This document shows positions 44,700 to 53,628 of a stretch of 64,000 nt of DNA, in pieces (the stretch's first letter is position 1; the number at the start of each line of letters is the position of its first letter). The notes under the pieces were generated by a model. It was not told the origin of the DNA. It was given only the letters and a program-made list of their open reading frames with translations, and made no database searches. The translations under genes and the position numbers were made by a program. Source of the stretch: Candidatus Saccharimonadales bacterium (GTDB lineage Bacteria; Patescibacteriota; Microgenomatia; Woykebacterales; RBG-16-39-9b); NCBI GenBank assembly GCA_035480955.1, contig DATIHF010000006.1, positions 11,110-75,109 on the forward strand, read 5' to 3'.

Positions 44700-45473
44700 T
44701 CAAATGCCCCAGGTTGTGGTGACAATAAGAAGAAGAAATACACTAAACGCAACAAAAACATACTCAAAGGTCGCTCGGCGGGTCAGATCCTTATCAAGCA
44801 TATGATGCATGATGCCCAGCACAACATAAACCATCGCGGTCATTGCCAGCCCAATCTTTGGTGGGTCAAGTGGCCAAAAAGACAAGGCCGCGGACAGCTG
44901 AGCAACAATCAACCCGGCGACTAAACTGTAGAGTATTAATTCTCGACTCAAAGTTTCTTCAAGCTCGACTTGCCACAATGCTTGAGCAAAAAGCAAAGAA
45001 CCGAACCCAAAACTTATCAAAGTTAGCGCCCACCACGGCAGTCCTAATCCATAAATCAAAGAAAAGAAAGCAAAGGAAACAAATAAAGTCACGAGATAGC
45101 CCACTGTCCGAGCTGCTCGCAAAAGTGGGATGTTTCGCTCCGCGGAGACATTAAAAATATTTTCTGCCAGCAAATTGGTATAAAGAACAACTCCGTAAAC
45201 CACACAGAGAAGAAGTCTGATCTCAGTCGAAGGGTTGAATTGATTGATAAAAAGGGCAAAACTCAGTGTTAGAAAAGTGGGCAAAACAAATAAAGTGATG
45301 AATTCAAAACCTTTCAGGTCTTTGAAAATCGACCAGACCGAAAGCAGATAGCTGGCCACGACTAACCCAGCAAGTAAATAGAGTTTGATATTAGCCTCAG
45401 CGAGTGGAAAAAAGAAAAGTCCTCCGGAGAGAACGATCGTTACGATTGTGATCTTTACGCGCTTGGTCAGCAT
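44700..45473 (-). CDS. polytopic membrane protein, unknown function
   Basis: About 8 predicted TM helices, downstream of ruvC. Confidence 0.55.
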   Translation of the reverse strand: MLTKRVKITIVTIVLSGGLFFFPLAEANIKLYLLAGLVVASYLLSVWSIFKDLKGFEFITLFVLPTFLTLSFALFINQFNPSTEIRLLLCVVYGVVLYTNLLAENIFNVSAERNIPLLRAARTVGYLVTLFVSFAFFSLIYGLGLPWWALTLISFGFGSLLFAQALWQVELEETLSRELILYSLVAGLIVAQLSAALSFWPLDPPKIGLAMTAMVYVVLGIMHHMLDKDLTRRATFEYVFVAFSVFLLLIVTTTWGI

Positions 45474-45482
45474 AGTTGGCGG

Positions 45483-46034
45483 CTAGATTTTAGCATTTCC
45501 TTTTGCCGCTGTCACTTGCTGCTCTTTGAGAACATGGCAAATCGCCAAGGCCAGCGCGTCATAGGCATCGTCACGAAAGCGGTAAACGTCTTTGCCAGCT
45601 TGGTTTTTGGCAGTGTGTAGCTCCTTCATACCCAGATGTTTCAAAACGGCATCCTGCACCTGTTGTTTGTCGCTTCTACCGTGACCTGCGACCATTAATT
45701 TCATTGTCAGACCAGTATATTCATGGATTGGTAAGTGTTTCTCCGCAGCTGCCAGAGAAATCGCCCCAATCGCTTGTCCGACATTGATCGCGGTGGTGAC
45801 ATTGGCTCCAAAGAAAATCTTTTCCATCGACATCAAATCTGGTTTGTACTCAGCAATCAATTTGCTAATTCCCTCCTTCAAGGTCAGCAAACGATACGGC
45901 ATTTCCCGATTTTTGTCAGTCAGGATACACCCGTAATTGCGGGCGATAAATTTCGTTTTGCTGTCACTACCCTCAACTTTGAGAACTCCCCAACCAGTGG
46001 TGGCAGTTCCCGGATCAATTCCGAGAATTAACAT
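45483..46034 (-). CDS. ruvC: crossover junction endodeoxyribonuclease RuvC
   Basis: MLILGIDPGTATTGWGVL N-terminus. RNase H-like fold with catalytic Asp/Glu. Confidence 0.9.
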   Translation of the reverse strand: MLILGIDPGTATTGWGVLKVEGSDSKTKFIARNYGCILTDKNREMPYRLLTLKEGISKLIAEYKPDLMSMEKIFFGANVTTAINVGQAIGAISLAAAEKHLPIHEYTGLTMKLMVAGHGRSDKQQVQDAVLKHLGMKELHTAKNQAGKDVYRFRDDAYDALALAICHVLKEQQVTAAKGNAKI

Positions 46035-46036
46035 AA

Positions 46037-46291
46037 TTATTTGTTAAGCAGTTTATATATTACCACGGAAAACATTGGGATTATTATTACTGACACAATG
46101 GGAATCCCCAGAAACCAAAAGTACAGCGACCGATAACCACATCCAATCTCAGAAAATTCGCCATATGAGACACAAGTTCTAACAAAAAGAAGATAGATTA
46201 AAACCAGAATAGCAATATCTAGAATCAATGCACCAACAAGAACACCAAATATCTTTAAAAAAGAAGGCTCTTTGATTGCTTTAGATTCCAT
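46037..46291 (-). CDS. small membrane protein
   Basis: 2-TM, 84 aa. Confidence 0.4.
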   Translation of the reverse strand: MESKAIKEPSFLKIFGVLVGALILDIAILVLIYLLFVRTCVSYGEFSEIGCGYRSLYFWFLGIPIVSVIIIPMFSVVIYKLLNK

Positions 46292-46549
46292 CTAGTTTTT
46301 TCTCAAAAAGCTGTAAACTAGCTGGGACAGGACCGGGATTGCGATTACCCAAATTACCACAAACATCACCCAATTGAGATTACTCGTGTTAAAACAGTCC
46401 CAACCGCGACAACCACCTATTCGATAATAATAGTAATAAATCACGCTCGACCAAGCAAAAACAATAACCAAACTAATTAAAACTGAATAGATTACCTGCT
46501 GATTTAGCAAAGGGGGTTTTTGTTCAATACTTGCTGAGTTGTCCGCCAT
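46292..46549 (-). CDS. small membrane protein
   Basis: 2-TM, 85 aa, abuts yebC. Confidence 0.4.
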   Translation of the reverse strand: MADNSASIEQKPPLLNQQVIYSVLISLVIVFAWSSVIYYYYYRIGGCRGWDCFNTSNLNWVMFVVIWVIAIPVLSQLVYSFLRKN

Positions 46550-47307
46550 TAAGAAACCTCCATATTTTCTTCTAGCATTTCCTCTGAAATGTCAAAATTG
46601 GCGTAAACTTTCTGGACATCATCAAGCTCTTCAAGCTTTTCCACTAAAGAAAGGACGCTTTTGGCTTGAGAGTCTTGAGTGATTTTTACTGTTGTAGTTG
46701 GCTCTTTGACTACTTCAGAACTAACTACCAGGTAACCTTCTTTCTCAACTGCTTCTTTAACCTTCAGCAACTGCTCAGGAGAAGAAAAAATAGTTGCCTC
46801 TTCTCCATGAGTGTCGATATCCTCTGCCCCACTATCAGCGGCCAGCAAAAAAAGTTCATCCGGGTCTTTTTCACTCAGATTTACCACCAGCTCGCCTTTT
46901 GGTTTGAAAAGATAGGCAACACTACCTGGACCAGCGAGATTGCCATTGTTGCGATCGAGAGTCGAGCGTACGTCAGAAGCGGAGCGCATTTTATTGTCAG
47001 TAACAACTTCGATGATCAACGCAACTCCAGCGGGACCAAAACCTTCGTAAGTTACCTCTTCCAAGGCTTTCTCACTTCCCTCTCCGGTTGCGCGAGAGAC
47101 GGCTCGATCAATGTTGTCTTTGGGCATATTGATCGCCCGAGCGGCTTCAATTGCCAATCTCAGTTTGAAATTGGCATCTGGATTGCCACCGCCTTCTTTA
47201 GCGGCAATGGTGATTGCCCGACCAGCTTTGGTAAAAGCTTGGCCACGCTTAGCATCATTAGCCCCTTTTTGTCGTTTAATAGTCGACCATTTACTGTGAC
47301 CTGACAT
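46549..47307 (-). CDS. yebC: YebC/PmpR-family transcriptional regulator
   Basis: MSGHSKWSTIKRQKGANDAKRGQAFTKAGRAITIAAKEGGGNPDANFKLR is the canonical YebC N-terminus. Classic yebC-ruvC arrangement. Confidence 0.9.
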   Translation of the reverse strand: MSGHSKWSTIKRQKGANDAKRGQAFTKAGRAITIAAKEGGGNPDANFKLRLAIEAARAINMPKDNIDRAVSRATGEGSEKALEEVTYEGFGPAGVALIIEVVTDNKMRSASDVRSTLDRNNGNLAGPGSVAYLFKPKGELVVNLSEKDPDELFLLAADSGAEDIDTHGEEATIFSSPEQLLKVKEAVEKEGYLVVSSEVVKEPTTTVKITQDSQAKSVLSLVEKLEELDDVQKVYANFDISEEMLEENMEVS

Positions 47308-47505
47308 TTTTCTTAAAATGCGATTCGCGTAACTTAGCGAACGACATTTATTGACCTTTCTTGTGGGAAACTACAGAGCGCGAAGCGATCTATAGTCGAC
47401 CACTGACTGTGTCCACTCATAACAAGCTTATTTTAACACAAGAATTGAACTTTCTAAGCGCTTCCCTCTTGACAGCTCTGGTAAAAATACCATGTAATAA
47501 ACTCT

Positions 47506-48351
47506 ATGAGTAGCCAAGATGAACTAGATCCCCGCTTTCAAGAAGCCATAAACGCCGCCCTCGTTGGAGAGTGGCAAAAAGCCGCGGAATTAAATTCCCA
47601 ACTTTTTGACGAGTATCCTGAAGACGTCAACGTTCTCAATCGTCTCGGCCATGCTTACAGCGAGCTCGGACAAGTCAATAAAGCCAGCTCTACTTTCAAA
47701 AAGGTTTTGGAACTTGACCCTTATAATCCAATCGCCAAGAAAAATATTGATAAACTCTCGACTCTCCGCGGGGCAAATTTGAAACCAAAAGAAGGAACTA
47801 GGGTGATCGATGTTGACATGTTTCTCGAAGAGCCAGGCAAAACAAAAACTATTGAGGTGGTAGATCTGGCGATGCCGAGAGTACTGATCCAACTAAGAGT
47901 CGGTGACACCGTACTACTCAATAATAATAAAAACGACGTTTCCATTGTCTCTGAGGAGGGGAAAAGATTGGGCAAACTGGAAAGTTCCTGGGGCAACGAG
48001 ATTTCTTCGGCGCTCTCTTTGGGAAGTGATTTTTCCGCAATTGTGAAAGCGATCAATGTCGGCAAAGATCCCAAGGGTTCAACTTTTTCTGTTTTTGTCA
48101 GAGAAACAAAACGCTCGAAAAAAATCGTTCAACCAATTTTCCCGATTGATTCTAACTTCACTCCTTTTGTTCGTGAAGAGACAGTTTCTTATATCAAAGA
48201 AGAGCCTAGTGTCCCACCAGAGTCAGGAGAAACAGCAGAAGCAGATTCTAGTGAGGAATTACCCAAAGAAGATCTCCCCCAAGAAGCCAATGAACTTCTT
48301 CCCGAGCCAGAATTAGTCGAGGACGAGGAAGAATACAAAGAAATCAAATAA
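47506..48351 (+). CDS. hypothetical protein with N-terminal TPR-like helices and acidic C-terminus
   Basis: AAELNSQLFDEYPEDVNVLNRLGHAYSELGQVNKASSTFKKVLELDPYNPIA resembles a TPR. Confidence 0.5.
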   Translation: MSSQDELDPRFQEAINAALVGEWQKAAELNSQLFDEYPEDVNVLNRLGHAYSELGQVNKASSTFKKVLELDPYNPIAKKNIDKLSTLRGANLKPKEGTRVIDVDMFLEEPGKTKTIEVVDLAMPRVLIQLRVGDTVLLNNNKNDVSIVSEEGKRLGKLESSWGNEISSALSLGSDFSAIVKAINVGKDPKGSTFSVFVRETKRSKKIVQPIFPIDSNFTPFVREETVSYIKEEPSVPPESGETAEADSSEELPKEDLPQEANELLPEPELVEDEEEYKEIK

Positions 48352-49287
48352 TTAAGTCAATTCATCTTCTTCAGGACTTACTTCAATCGGTGGTGTAGGA
48401 ATTGCTGGTTCTGATGTCGCCACTGGAGCGCTCGCCGCTTGCGGCTTTGGTACTTCGACTTTGGGGGCTTCAACTTTTGGTGCAGGTGGTGGGGTTGCCT
48501 CAACTTTCTTGGTCTCCTCTACTTTGGGAGGCGCGGGAGTTTCTACTTTTTTTGGCTCCTCAACTTTCGGTGCGGGTGCTTCTTTTACTTCAACTTTTTC
48601 AACTTTGGGTAACTCTTTTTTAGGCTCTTCTTTTGGTGCCGCTGGTTTTGGTTTCGGTGGTTCTTTCTTCTCTATTTTCGGTTTTTCTTGAGAAACTTTT
48701 TGCTCAATTTCTTTTGGCTCTTCTTTGTGCTCAGGTTTTTCAGCAATAGGAGAAGGAGTTTCTGTAACTTCAGTTTCTTTACTTTTCACATTCTCCAGAG
48801 CTCCCCAAGGAGCGTTCAAATTACCCGCAGGGATTTGTAGGACAACTTCAGATCCAATCTCTGCTCCAAAATGCTCTACCGCCGCTGGTAGGACTTTGTA
48901 AGAGCCTTCTGGAGTGACAACCTTCCACTTCCCTTCTTTTTTAGCTAAAATTCCGCTCGTCTTCTGACGTTTGACATGTTCAACCTGCTTAAAGCGTTTT
49001 TCCCTATTTTTTCCTTCTTCAACTAGTTTCAGAGTGTCGCCCACAACGAGCAGACTTTTACTAGCGTAATTGGCAGGAACTGGATAGACCTCACCTGACT
49101 CGCTTTTCATCGCTTCCCCATCAAAGACTCCGACAATTCCGGGAAGATTGTCGGGGGTTTTTGAGTTTTGTGGTGCGCTACCTTCCTTGCCGGTTTCCAA
49201 ATCAGCAAGCAATTGTTTGGCGAGTTTGATGCTAGATTCAGCCGCACCCAGGGCTTGGCTTATTAGTTCAATATTTTTACTACTCAT
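48352..49287 (-). CDS. hypothetical protein with C-terminal PK/PAPKVE-rich repeat tail
   Basis: Repeated (E)PKKVE(A)P(A)P units. Directly downstream of the VirD4-like ATPase. Confidence 0.5.
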   Translation of the reverse strand: MSSKNIELISQALGAAESSIKLAKQLLADLETGKEGSAPQNSKTPDNLPGIVGVFDGEAMKSESGEVYPVPANYASKSLLVVGDTLKLVEEGKNREKRFKQVEHVKRQKTSGILAKKEGKWKVVTPEGSYKVLPAAVEHFGAEIGSEVVLQIPAGNLNAPWGALENVKSKETEVTETPSPIAEKPEHKEEPKEIEQKVSQEKPKIEKKEPPKPKPAAPKEEPKKELPKVEKVEVKEAPAPKVEEPKKVETPAPPKVEETKKVEATPPPAPKVEAPKVEVPKPQAASAPVATSEPAIPTPPIEVSPEEDELT

Positions 49288-49306
49288 CTCAAAAACCTCC
49301 TTTTAT

Positions 49307-52300
49307 TTATTGTTTTAATTGGGTCGGTGGAAAGCGGAAAATTTCCACTTCCCCACTTTTTCCTGCTATTGCAGGCTCTTTTTTCTCTTCATTCTGCCCA
49401 CCAACTAACCCAGTCGGCAGGTTTTGATTAAGATTTTCCGGAGTAATTTTTGCTTGTTCTTGCTCTTGCCTAGAGATTGCCCCAGGGTCTGGGTAAGATT
49501 CTGTTCCTTCCAGATTTTGATTGAGCTCTTCAAAACTTTCTACCACGGGAATATTTTTATTAAGATCAACATTGTCTTTCGGCGGCAGAAAAGCGGTGTC
49601 AACACTGTTCAAACTAATTGCAGATGGTTGCGGTGGTGCTTGAGGTGTTTGTATTTGTGGTTGGGTGGTTTCTGGAGCAGGAATTGGCGCCGCAACCGGA
49701 GTTTGTGGTGCAGGAGTGCTTTGTGGTTGTTGAAGAGCCTCTGGTACGAATGTCGGTGGGGTTGGTGCACTAACAGGAGCTTTCAAACTTTCCTCGACCA
49801 GTAAATCTGCCAAGGGAGATCCACCTGAAGTGGCTGGTTGTCCAAAAGCGGGTGTTGTTCTAGCTGGAGCAGGAGTGGCGGCCGCAGCGGCAGCGGCACG
49901 AGCTTCTTCGACGGCCCAGGCGGGCGGCTGAGGTGGCTGGCCGGGAATGAATTTCGTCTCCGTCCATTTTTTGATTAATTTCTCTACCTTTTCGACTTCC
50001 TTACCAAACTTGATGCGGGAGAGCTGAATTGCTTTAGTTGTCATTGCCGTAGCATCAGTTGGAGGTGCGAGAGAGACGGCCGAGAATGGTTTTGATCCCT
50101 GATCGTCAATTTGCAGTTTAATATACATTTCGAATCGACCGAGGTTGATAAAATCATTTTCCAAAAAGACCGGTGAGAATTCTCTTTCCAAAAAGTGCGC
50201 GTCCTGATTCCCAACTCCAAAGACAATCGTGGTACCAACGTTTCCAAAAATAGCATCCCGGACAGTTTCCGGCATTTGCTCGATATACTGATGCGTAATA
50301 ACCAAATCCAATCGGTATTTTCTCGCTTCAGAGAGTATCACTGCAAACGAATCTGTCGCAAAGTTTTGGAACTCGTCAGCGTAAAGGAAGAAATCTTGGC
50401 GACTCTCTTCTGGAATATCGACTCGGCGCATGGCGGCAAACTCCAACTGGGAAACAATCATCGCTCCGAGCAGTGAAGTGTTGTTCGCACCGATACGACC
50501 TGAAGCCAAATTGACGAAGAAAAGTTTTTTGTTATTGATAATATCGTCAACTTTGATCGTGGATTTTGGCTGCCCAACAATATTTCTGATCAGCTCACTG
50601 TTTAAGAACTGTCCAACTTTGTTTTGAATTGGTGCGATCGCTTCGGTGATGAGTCGGTCGTTTTGCTCCAATTTGGCAAACTCGGTTAGCCAGAAGTCTT
50701 TCATTTGCGGATCTTTGATGAGCCCCACGATATATCTGCGGTAGCCTTTATCAACCAAAAGTCGAGTGATCGACAACAGTGAGGTGTTTGGCACCTCGAG
50801 AAGTGTCAAAATACAATTTTTCAAAATGTACTCAAGTCGAGGTCCCCAGCTGTTGGCAAAGTATTTTTTGAAAACGTCAACCAGGGTGTCGGCCATCAGC
50901 GTCCTCTGTCTTGGGTCGACCATCTCCAACATGTTCAATGAGACCGGGTGATCCGCATCAGCTGGATTGAAAATGACTACATCTTCAGCTCGGTTTTCCG
51001 GAACAAATTCAAGCAGCTCGTCAATTAATTGTCCATGGGGATCCAAAACCGCCACTCCCTCACCGTTGCGCATATCTTGAATAATCATGTTTTTGATCAA
51101 AGTAGACTTACCCGTACCAGTTTTTCCAATAATATACATGTGTTTTCGTCTGTCGGGCTTTTTAATTCCGAACGTTTGTTCGTGATCGCGGAAATAAGTT
51201 TTACCCAAATAAGTCACCGCTGAAGTCGGGATATTGAGCGGTGGTTCGCCTTTTTTAGAATGAGTCCAGGCAATCGTAGGTGTCTCAACTGAAAGATTTG
51301 GCAAGTGGAATATCGAGGCCAGCTCTTCGATCGTTAAGACATAGTCGCCACTAGCTCCTTCGGGAAAACTCCTATCACGGTAGCTTTTTACCATAGAAGC
51401 GGTGGTCGGACTGTCCGGATCAGGTTCAAAAGCATTTAAGGAGGCGGTGGAAAATTGTTTGAAAGAAGCAATTGCTGAGGAGAGTTTAGCCTGAGCTTCC
51501 TCTTTGGTGTCAGCAACGGCAACAACACGTATTTTTGTTTCAAAACCGATCTTGGAAAGTTTATTCTCAATCATTTTCAGATCAAGTTCTTGTCCAGCCG
51601 AAAGTCTAGGCGCGAGCTCCGCCCGAGCCGGAAGCGGCGGCTCTTTGGGACCGGACATCATGTAAGGAAGGATATTTGTTCCGACTGAGAGAATATGCTT
51701 ACCGACATCAATTGCGATATCTCCAGGAGCCAGAGAAACGGGATGTTTACCCTCTCTAACCATTTTCACGTAGTCATGGCCGCGATCTTGCCAAAAGTCA
51801 TCGATTGGCCGCACCATAATTTGCACCCAAATTTGTTCAGTTTTTCGCACGCTACCTAGTGCACTGGTAATTGCCGCTAGCGGATCCACCTCAAAGTCAC
51901 GGAAAGTTTTGATTGGAAAAATAAAATCTTTGGCGAGAGCCAGCTCTGTTCCGATGACCACAGCATTGTCACTAACGCTTTTAGAATAATCAACTGCTTC
52001 TCGGATCTCAGCATCAGGATATTGTGCGTAGATTTGGCTTTCAACGAAACTTTTGAAACCTCTTGGGGTAAAACAGTAAAAATTGATTCCAGAGGAAGAG
52101 CTGGCCATCTCTAGTGAGATGTGTTCTTGCAAGTCTGGAGTAAAACGCAGTAAACCGTGGAGCGACGCGAACATCTGCTCAGCCGCTATTGGCAGTTTTT
52201 CATTTTCTTTGGGAAGTCGAATAGAAAGGAGTACTCCCTCCCCAATTGCTTCTTTCTTACTATCCCCTTTTTCCTGCGATAAGGCAGAACGGTAAGCCCA

Positions 52301-52348
52301 GAAAAAAGCGATTATTACGATAACTAAAATGCCGCCTATTACTAGCAT
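49307..52348 (-). CDS. membrane-anchored TraD/TrwB/VirD4-like (FtsK-HerA superfamily) P-loop ATPase with long P/Q/A-rich C-terminal tail
   Basis: N-terminal TM. Walker A IIGKTGTGKSTL, VLDPHGQLIDEL and Walker B FFLYADEFQNF. Roughly 250-aa low-complexity C-terminus. Confidence 0.65.
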   Translation of the reverse strand: MLVIGGILVIVIIAFFWAYRSALSQEKGDSKKEAIGEGVLLSIRLPKENEKLPIAAEQMFASLHGLLRFTPDLQEHISLEMASSSSGINFYCFTPRGFKSFVESQIYAQYPDAEIREAVDYSKSVSDNAVVIGTELALAKDFIFPIKTFRDFEVDPLAAITSALGSVRKTEQIWVQIMVRPIDDFWQDRGHDYVKMVREGKHPVSLAPGDIAIDVGKHILSVGTNILPYMMSGPKEPPLPARAELAPRLSAGQELDLKMIENKLSKIGFETKIRVVAVADTKEEAQAKLSSAIASFKQFSTASLNAFEPDPDSPTTASMVKSYRDRSFPEGASGDYVLTIEELASIFHLPNLSVETPTIAWTHSKKGEPPLNIPTSAVTYLGKTYFRDHEQTFGIKKPDRRKHMYIIGKTGTGKSTLIKNMIIQDMRNGEGVAVLDPHGQLIDELLEFVPENRAEDVVIFNPADADHPVSLNMLEMVDPRQRTLMADTLVDVFKKYFANSWGPRLEYILKNCILTLLEVPNTSLLSITRLLVDKGYRRYIVGLIKDPQMKDFWLTEFAKLEQNDRLITEAIAPIQNKVGQFLNSELIRNIVGQPKSTIKVDDIINNKKLFFVNLASGRIGANNTSLLGAMIVSQLEFAAMRRVDIPEESRQDFFLYADEFQNFATDSFAVILSEARKYRLDLVITHQYIEQMPETVRDAIFGNVGTTIVFGVGNQDAHFLEREFSPVFLENDFINLGRFEMYIKLQIDDQGSKPFSAVSLAPPTDATAMTTKAIQLSRIKFGKEVEKVEKLIKKWTETKFIPGQPPQPPAWAVEEARAAAAAAATPAPARTTPAFGQPATSGGSPLADLLVEESLKAPVSAPTPPTFVPEALQQPQSTPAPQTPVAAPIPAPETTQPQIQTPQAPPQPSAISLNSVDTAFLPPKDNVDLNKNIPVVESFEELNQNLEGTESYPDPGAISRQEQEQAKITPENLNQNLPTGLVGGQNEEKKEPAIAGKSGEVEIFRFPPTQLKQ

Positions 52349-52568
52349 TAGCTCTTTTCTCTCCTTTTAAAGATAGGTTTATGATAGCTCTTTTTGGCTT
52401 CAAAGTCAATTGAATTTTGGGGTGTAGAAATGACAAAACTCCCCCGAAGGAGAGTCTTGTCTTTAGGAGAGGCTATTTTGGCCTCTCCTCGGAAGAAAGG
52501 AGAGAGATCGAGGATATTTTAGCAATTTTTGGTCCAAAAGTCAACTATCTGAGCGGTTACAACACTTT

Positions 52569-53618
52569 CTAGTAAGACAAACGGTTAGCTACATCTTGAC
52601 CAATTATTATTTTTATATCAACCCCATTTTGATTGCTCTGTTGTTTTATACTCGTCTGTTTGAATAGGGTTTTTAGTCTCTCGGTAAGGGCGAATTTTTG
52701 TTGGCCCACCAAAAGCTGGCTCTGCTTCTGAGTTTGGTCACTTGCAGTCACTGAAACCACATTGCCTCCCAAATTGGTAACGATATTCTTGACAACGTTT
52801 CCGATCCCTTCTTCTCCACTGGCATTGACTATCTCTACTGAAGACCCCTCATTAGCAATTTTGGAATCCTGAAACTTAACTCCAAGAGCAGATTTCAAAT
52901 TTTGTGAATCGATAAAATTGTCACTAGTCAGATAAGAATTTGTGTCAATAAAATCAAATCTTGCTGGTTCAAGTTTTTTAACTTCGGTTGTCAGAGTGTA
53001 AAAATCTCCAATTGTCAGACTGGTAAAAACCTGCCTGTCTAGGAAGTCTTTGTTACTTTTTACTTTAAAAAAATCAGAAGGAGTATAGAGCTTTGTAAAA
53101 AGCTGGTCTAAAAAGCTAGAGCTAATCCAGTTTTTTGGACTCTCAACTACAAAATATCCATCGATCAGATACCCAGTTGAGACGGTCAATGCTGAGGAAA
53201 GTTTATCGATGTTGTTTATTTTTCCGTTTTTAAACTCTACAAGAGCGCCAAGACTCTTATCCTCAGAATTAGTTCCAACTAACGTTGAAGATGGGAATTT
53301 GAGGAGTATTGCTTTGTTCGCTCCCTTTTCGTAACTTGCCAAAGCAATCTCTTCTACTCTACTAGAGTCTTCAGTAATAAGTAATAAATTTACTCTTTTA
53401 TCAAGTTTTACACTAGCATTTTTGTAATTCTCTGTTGGTAGATTTTGGAAAGGTTTTACTAATTTAGAAAAAATCACCGGGAGATTGATCAAAAAAATTA
53501 GTACAAAAATCCCCACTAAAAAAAGGGCGGAAAGTTTTATAGTTTTCCCTAGCCTCTTCTTTCGTTTCTCTTGATTTTTGTTCTTGGCGAAATTCTGAGC
53601 TTGTTGGTCAATGATCAT
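52569..53618 (-). CDS. membrane-anchored LytR_C-domain (LCP-related) cell-envelope protein
   Basis: N-terminal TM. C-terminal VEIVNASGEEGIGNVVKNIVTNLGGNVVSV matches LytR_C. Confidence 0.55.
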   Translation of the reverse strand: MIIDQQAQNFAKNKNQEKRKKRLGKTIKLSALFLVGIFVLIFLINLPVIFSKLVKPFQNLPTENYKNASVKLDKRVNLLLITEDSSRVEEIALASYEKGANKAILLKFPSSTLVGTNSEDKSLGALVEFKNGKINNIDKLSSALTVSTGYLIDGYFVVESPKNWISSSFLDQLFTKLYTPSDFFKVKSNKDFLDRQVFTSLTIGDFYTLTTEVKKLEPARFDFIDTNSYLTSDNFIDSQNLKSALGVKFQDSKIANEGSSVEIVNASGEEGIGNVVKNIVTNLGGNVVSVTASDQTQKQSQLLVGQQKFALTERLKTLFKQTSIKQQSNQNGVDIKIIIGQDVANRLSY

Positions 53619-53628
53619 AATTCCAAAT

